Assembly (NCBI GenBank): GCA_018831025.1
Contig: JAHJRB010000015.1
Coordinates: 1-35,000, forward strand
DNA from: Nanobdellota archaeon
GTDB lineage: Archaea; Nanobdellota; Nanobdellia; SCGC-AAA011-G17; ARS1403
DNA: 35,000 nucleotides
Direction: 5' to 3'
Position 1 is the stretch's first letter. The number at the start of each line of letters is the position of its first letter. The notes below the pieces were generated by a model that did not search any database, was not told the DNA's origin, and was given only the letters and a program-made list of their open reading frames with translations. Shown one piece after another: positions 33,858-35,000 of the stretch. Made by a program: the position numbers and the translations under genes.

Positions 33858-34171
33858 ATTTCTATTCCGTTTTCTATTGCCTCCTTAACTATAGTTGGCT
33901 GTTTTTTTAATTTATTAAATTCTTTTGGGGTATAACAAATAAAGTCTACAGGATAGCGCAGTTTCCAGTAATCATACATTTTTGCTCCTCTTTTGAAAAA
34001 GTCTAATTTTTTGAATTTTGGGCTTACTATTATTAGGTCTATATCACTATCTTTGTGAGGTATTCCAGAGACCATAGAACCAAAAAAGTACATTTTAGTG
34101 ATAGGAATATTTTTATTTAAATCTTCTTTAAATATTTTCAATTTTTCTCTTATAGAAGTTTTTTTACCCAT
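33854..34171 (-). CDS. minimal nucleotidyltransferase (MNT) family protein, antitoxin-type partner of HEPN
   Basis: YFFGSMVSGIPHKDSDIDLIIV matches the GSx10-DxD motif. It overlaps the upstream HEPN gene by 22 nt. Confidence 0.8.
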   Translation of the reverse strand: MGKKTSIREKLKIFKEDLNKNIPITKMYFFGSMVSGIPHKDSDIDLIIVSPKFKKLDFFKRGAKMYDYWKLRYPVDFICYTPKEFNKLKKQPTIVKEAIENGIEI

Positions 34172-34512
34172 TGTATTACTTCCTCTGAAGTTTTAATAAA
34201 TTTAGAAACTTTTTCTTTTAAATTTAATTCCTGTTTTACATCAGGGTATCTTGAATAAATATATGCCAAAGTTAGTTCTTTAAGTTTTTCTAGTAAATCT
34301 TCCGAAATATTAACATCCTTTCCTAATTCTATTAAATCGTGAATTTTTCTTAGTTTTTTTATTTTTTTTAGAGATAATGCTTTTAATGCTTTCTCTGCAG
34401 CTTGCTGGCATAAGAATGCTGAAATATCATATCTTTTCCCCTTAAAATTATATTTTGCTGCATCTAAATCGGATTCTGCTTTTTCAATCCAGTTTTTTAT
34501 GATTTCTTTCAT
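34150..34512 (-). CDS. HEPN domain protein (toxin-type partner of MNT)
   Basis: AESDLDAAKYNF...FLCQQAAEKALKAL...LRKIHDL (Rx4H-like) are present, in a 120-aa helical protein. Confidence 0.8.
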   Translation of the reverse strand: MKEIIKNWIEKAESDLDAAKYNFKGKRYDISAFLCQQAAEKALKALSLKKIKKLRKIHDLIELGKDVNISEDLLEKLKELTLAYIYSRYPDVKQELNLKEKVSKFIKTSEEVIQWVKKLL

Positions 34513-34578
34513 TATTATTTTTGATGATTTTATCCTTTTTATTCTTTTTGGAAATATTTATATAGAAGTTATTCTACT

Positions 34579-34647
34579 TAATAAGTTATATATATTAACT
34601 GTGTAGTAAAAATAAGTTAAATAAGCTTAGTAAGCTTAATAAGTTAA
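34579..34647. repeat. cluster of five TAAG(C)TTA-type repeats, four of them in tandem at 9-10 nt spacing
   Basis: ATAAGTTA occurs at 34581-88, 34612-19 and 34639-46. The perfect palindrome TAAGCTTA occurs at 34622-29 and 34631-38. The cluster lies between divergent genes, directly upstream of the RHH gene. Confidence 0.6.
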
Positions 34648-34669
34648 GTTATTACTTGGGAAAAAGAGG

Positions 34670-34825
34670 ATGACTAGAGTAAATATAGAAGTAGATAATG
34701 AGTTGCATAAAAAGGCGAAGCTAGCTTCTTTGTTAGAAAATAAAACTTTAATTCAATTTATCAATGAAGCTATTGAGGAGAAGATTAAAAAGAGCCCTTT
34801 TGATAAAAGCGCTCGCGGAAAATGA
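34670..34825 (+). CDS. ribbon-helix-helix (CopG/Arc/MetJ-like) small DNA-binding protein
   Basis: Absent from the ORF track. Translation: MTRVNIEVDNELHKKAKLASLLENKTLIQFINEAIEEKIKKSPFDKSARGK*. It has the beta-strand then two-helix pattern. A GAGG SD lies upstream. Confidence 0.6.
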   Translation: MTRVNIEVDNELHKKAKLASLLENKTLIQFINEAIEEKIKKSPFDKSARGK

Positions 34826-35000
34826 AAATGAACGAAACTTTTTTAGAAAAAAACTTTCATGAAAAAATGAAGATGGAAAAAAGAGGACAAGAAACTTTGA
34901 GAAAAAGTTTCAATAAAAGAGGACAGGTGACTATGTTTATTATACTTGGAATTTTAATTGTTATAATTGCTGGAGCTTTATTGTTTGTTAATAGGGATAA
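34822..35000 (+). CDS. class III signal peptide (pilin-like) protein, 5' part, runs off the window
   Basis: The ORF reads MKMNETFLEKNFHEKMKMEKRGQETLRKSFNKRGQVTMFIILGILIVIIAGALLFVNRD... The true start is probably at 34867 or 34873. The KRGQ motif occurs twice. Confidence 0.55.
   Translation, partial: MKMNETFLEKNFHEKMKMEKRGQETLRKSFNKRGQVTMFIILGILIVIIAGALLFVNRD

Noticed and set aside
34513-34669. A possible C/D-box sRNA, suggested by TTGATGATT near 34523-34531.
   Set aside because: There is no box D (CTGA) or C'/D' arrangement at an appropriate distance on either strand. The region is better explained as divergent promoters plus operator repeats.
1-35000. An alternative genetic code (for example UGA reassigned), as seen in some small-genome uncultivated lineages.
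   Set aside because: TGA, TAA and TAG all terminate well-defined genes at the expected protein lengths: TGA at 910, 3648, 4476 and 7827, TAG at 31745, and TAA at many others. No conserved protein needs read-through.
1-35000. CRISPR arrays, rRNA genes or IS elements.
   Set aside because: I saw no regularly spaced 25-40-nt direct repeats, no rRNA-like conserved stretches and no transposase-like ORFs. The only repeats are the short ones reported at 7423-7440 and 34579-34647.

Overview
This is a visibly AT-rich, tightly packed archaeal chromosome segment of about 60 genes, many with start/stop overlaps. The information-processing genes are clearly archaeal. They include RadA split by a 499-aa LAGLIDADG intein, an RPA-like SSB, PCNA, a GINS51-like protein, EndoQ, TFS and RpoL. 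Also present are an aIF2-alpha/Nop10/S27e/L44e operon, aEF-1beta, MBF1 and TruD. The accessory content is mostly cell-envelope genes. At least 9 proteins carry class III (type IV pilin-like) signal peptides of the 'MNK[KR]G' type, and an A24-family prepilin peptidase is present. A translationally coupled 12-gene pilin-like cluster (1-5705) ends in a protein that fuses a pilin-like N-terminus to a lytic transglycosylase (SLT) domain. There is also a second surface-protein cluster (13821-18265), a membrane-anchored GH3/NagZ-like hexosaminidase, and a GT-C/GT-C/GT2/thioredoxin-like glycan module. Peptidoglycan-directed enzymes on a pilin-type scaffold, in an organism with this gene content, fit a DPANN-type small-genome, possibly episymbiotic, archaeon (inference). 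That cluster is the best candidate for an undescribed system in this window. Other items are one tRNA gene whose anticodon region I could not resolve into a canonical intron, a HEPN-MNT pair, an RHH gene next to a 9-10-nt periodic palindromic repeat, and a TFS gene with no canonical start codon. First genes of units show a BRE/TATA about 27-33 nt upstream of the ATG. I saw no CRISPR array, rRNA, transposase or integrase.
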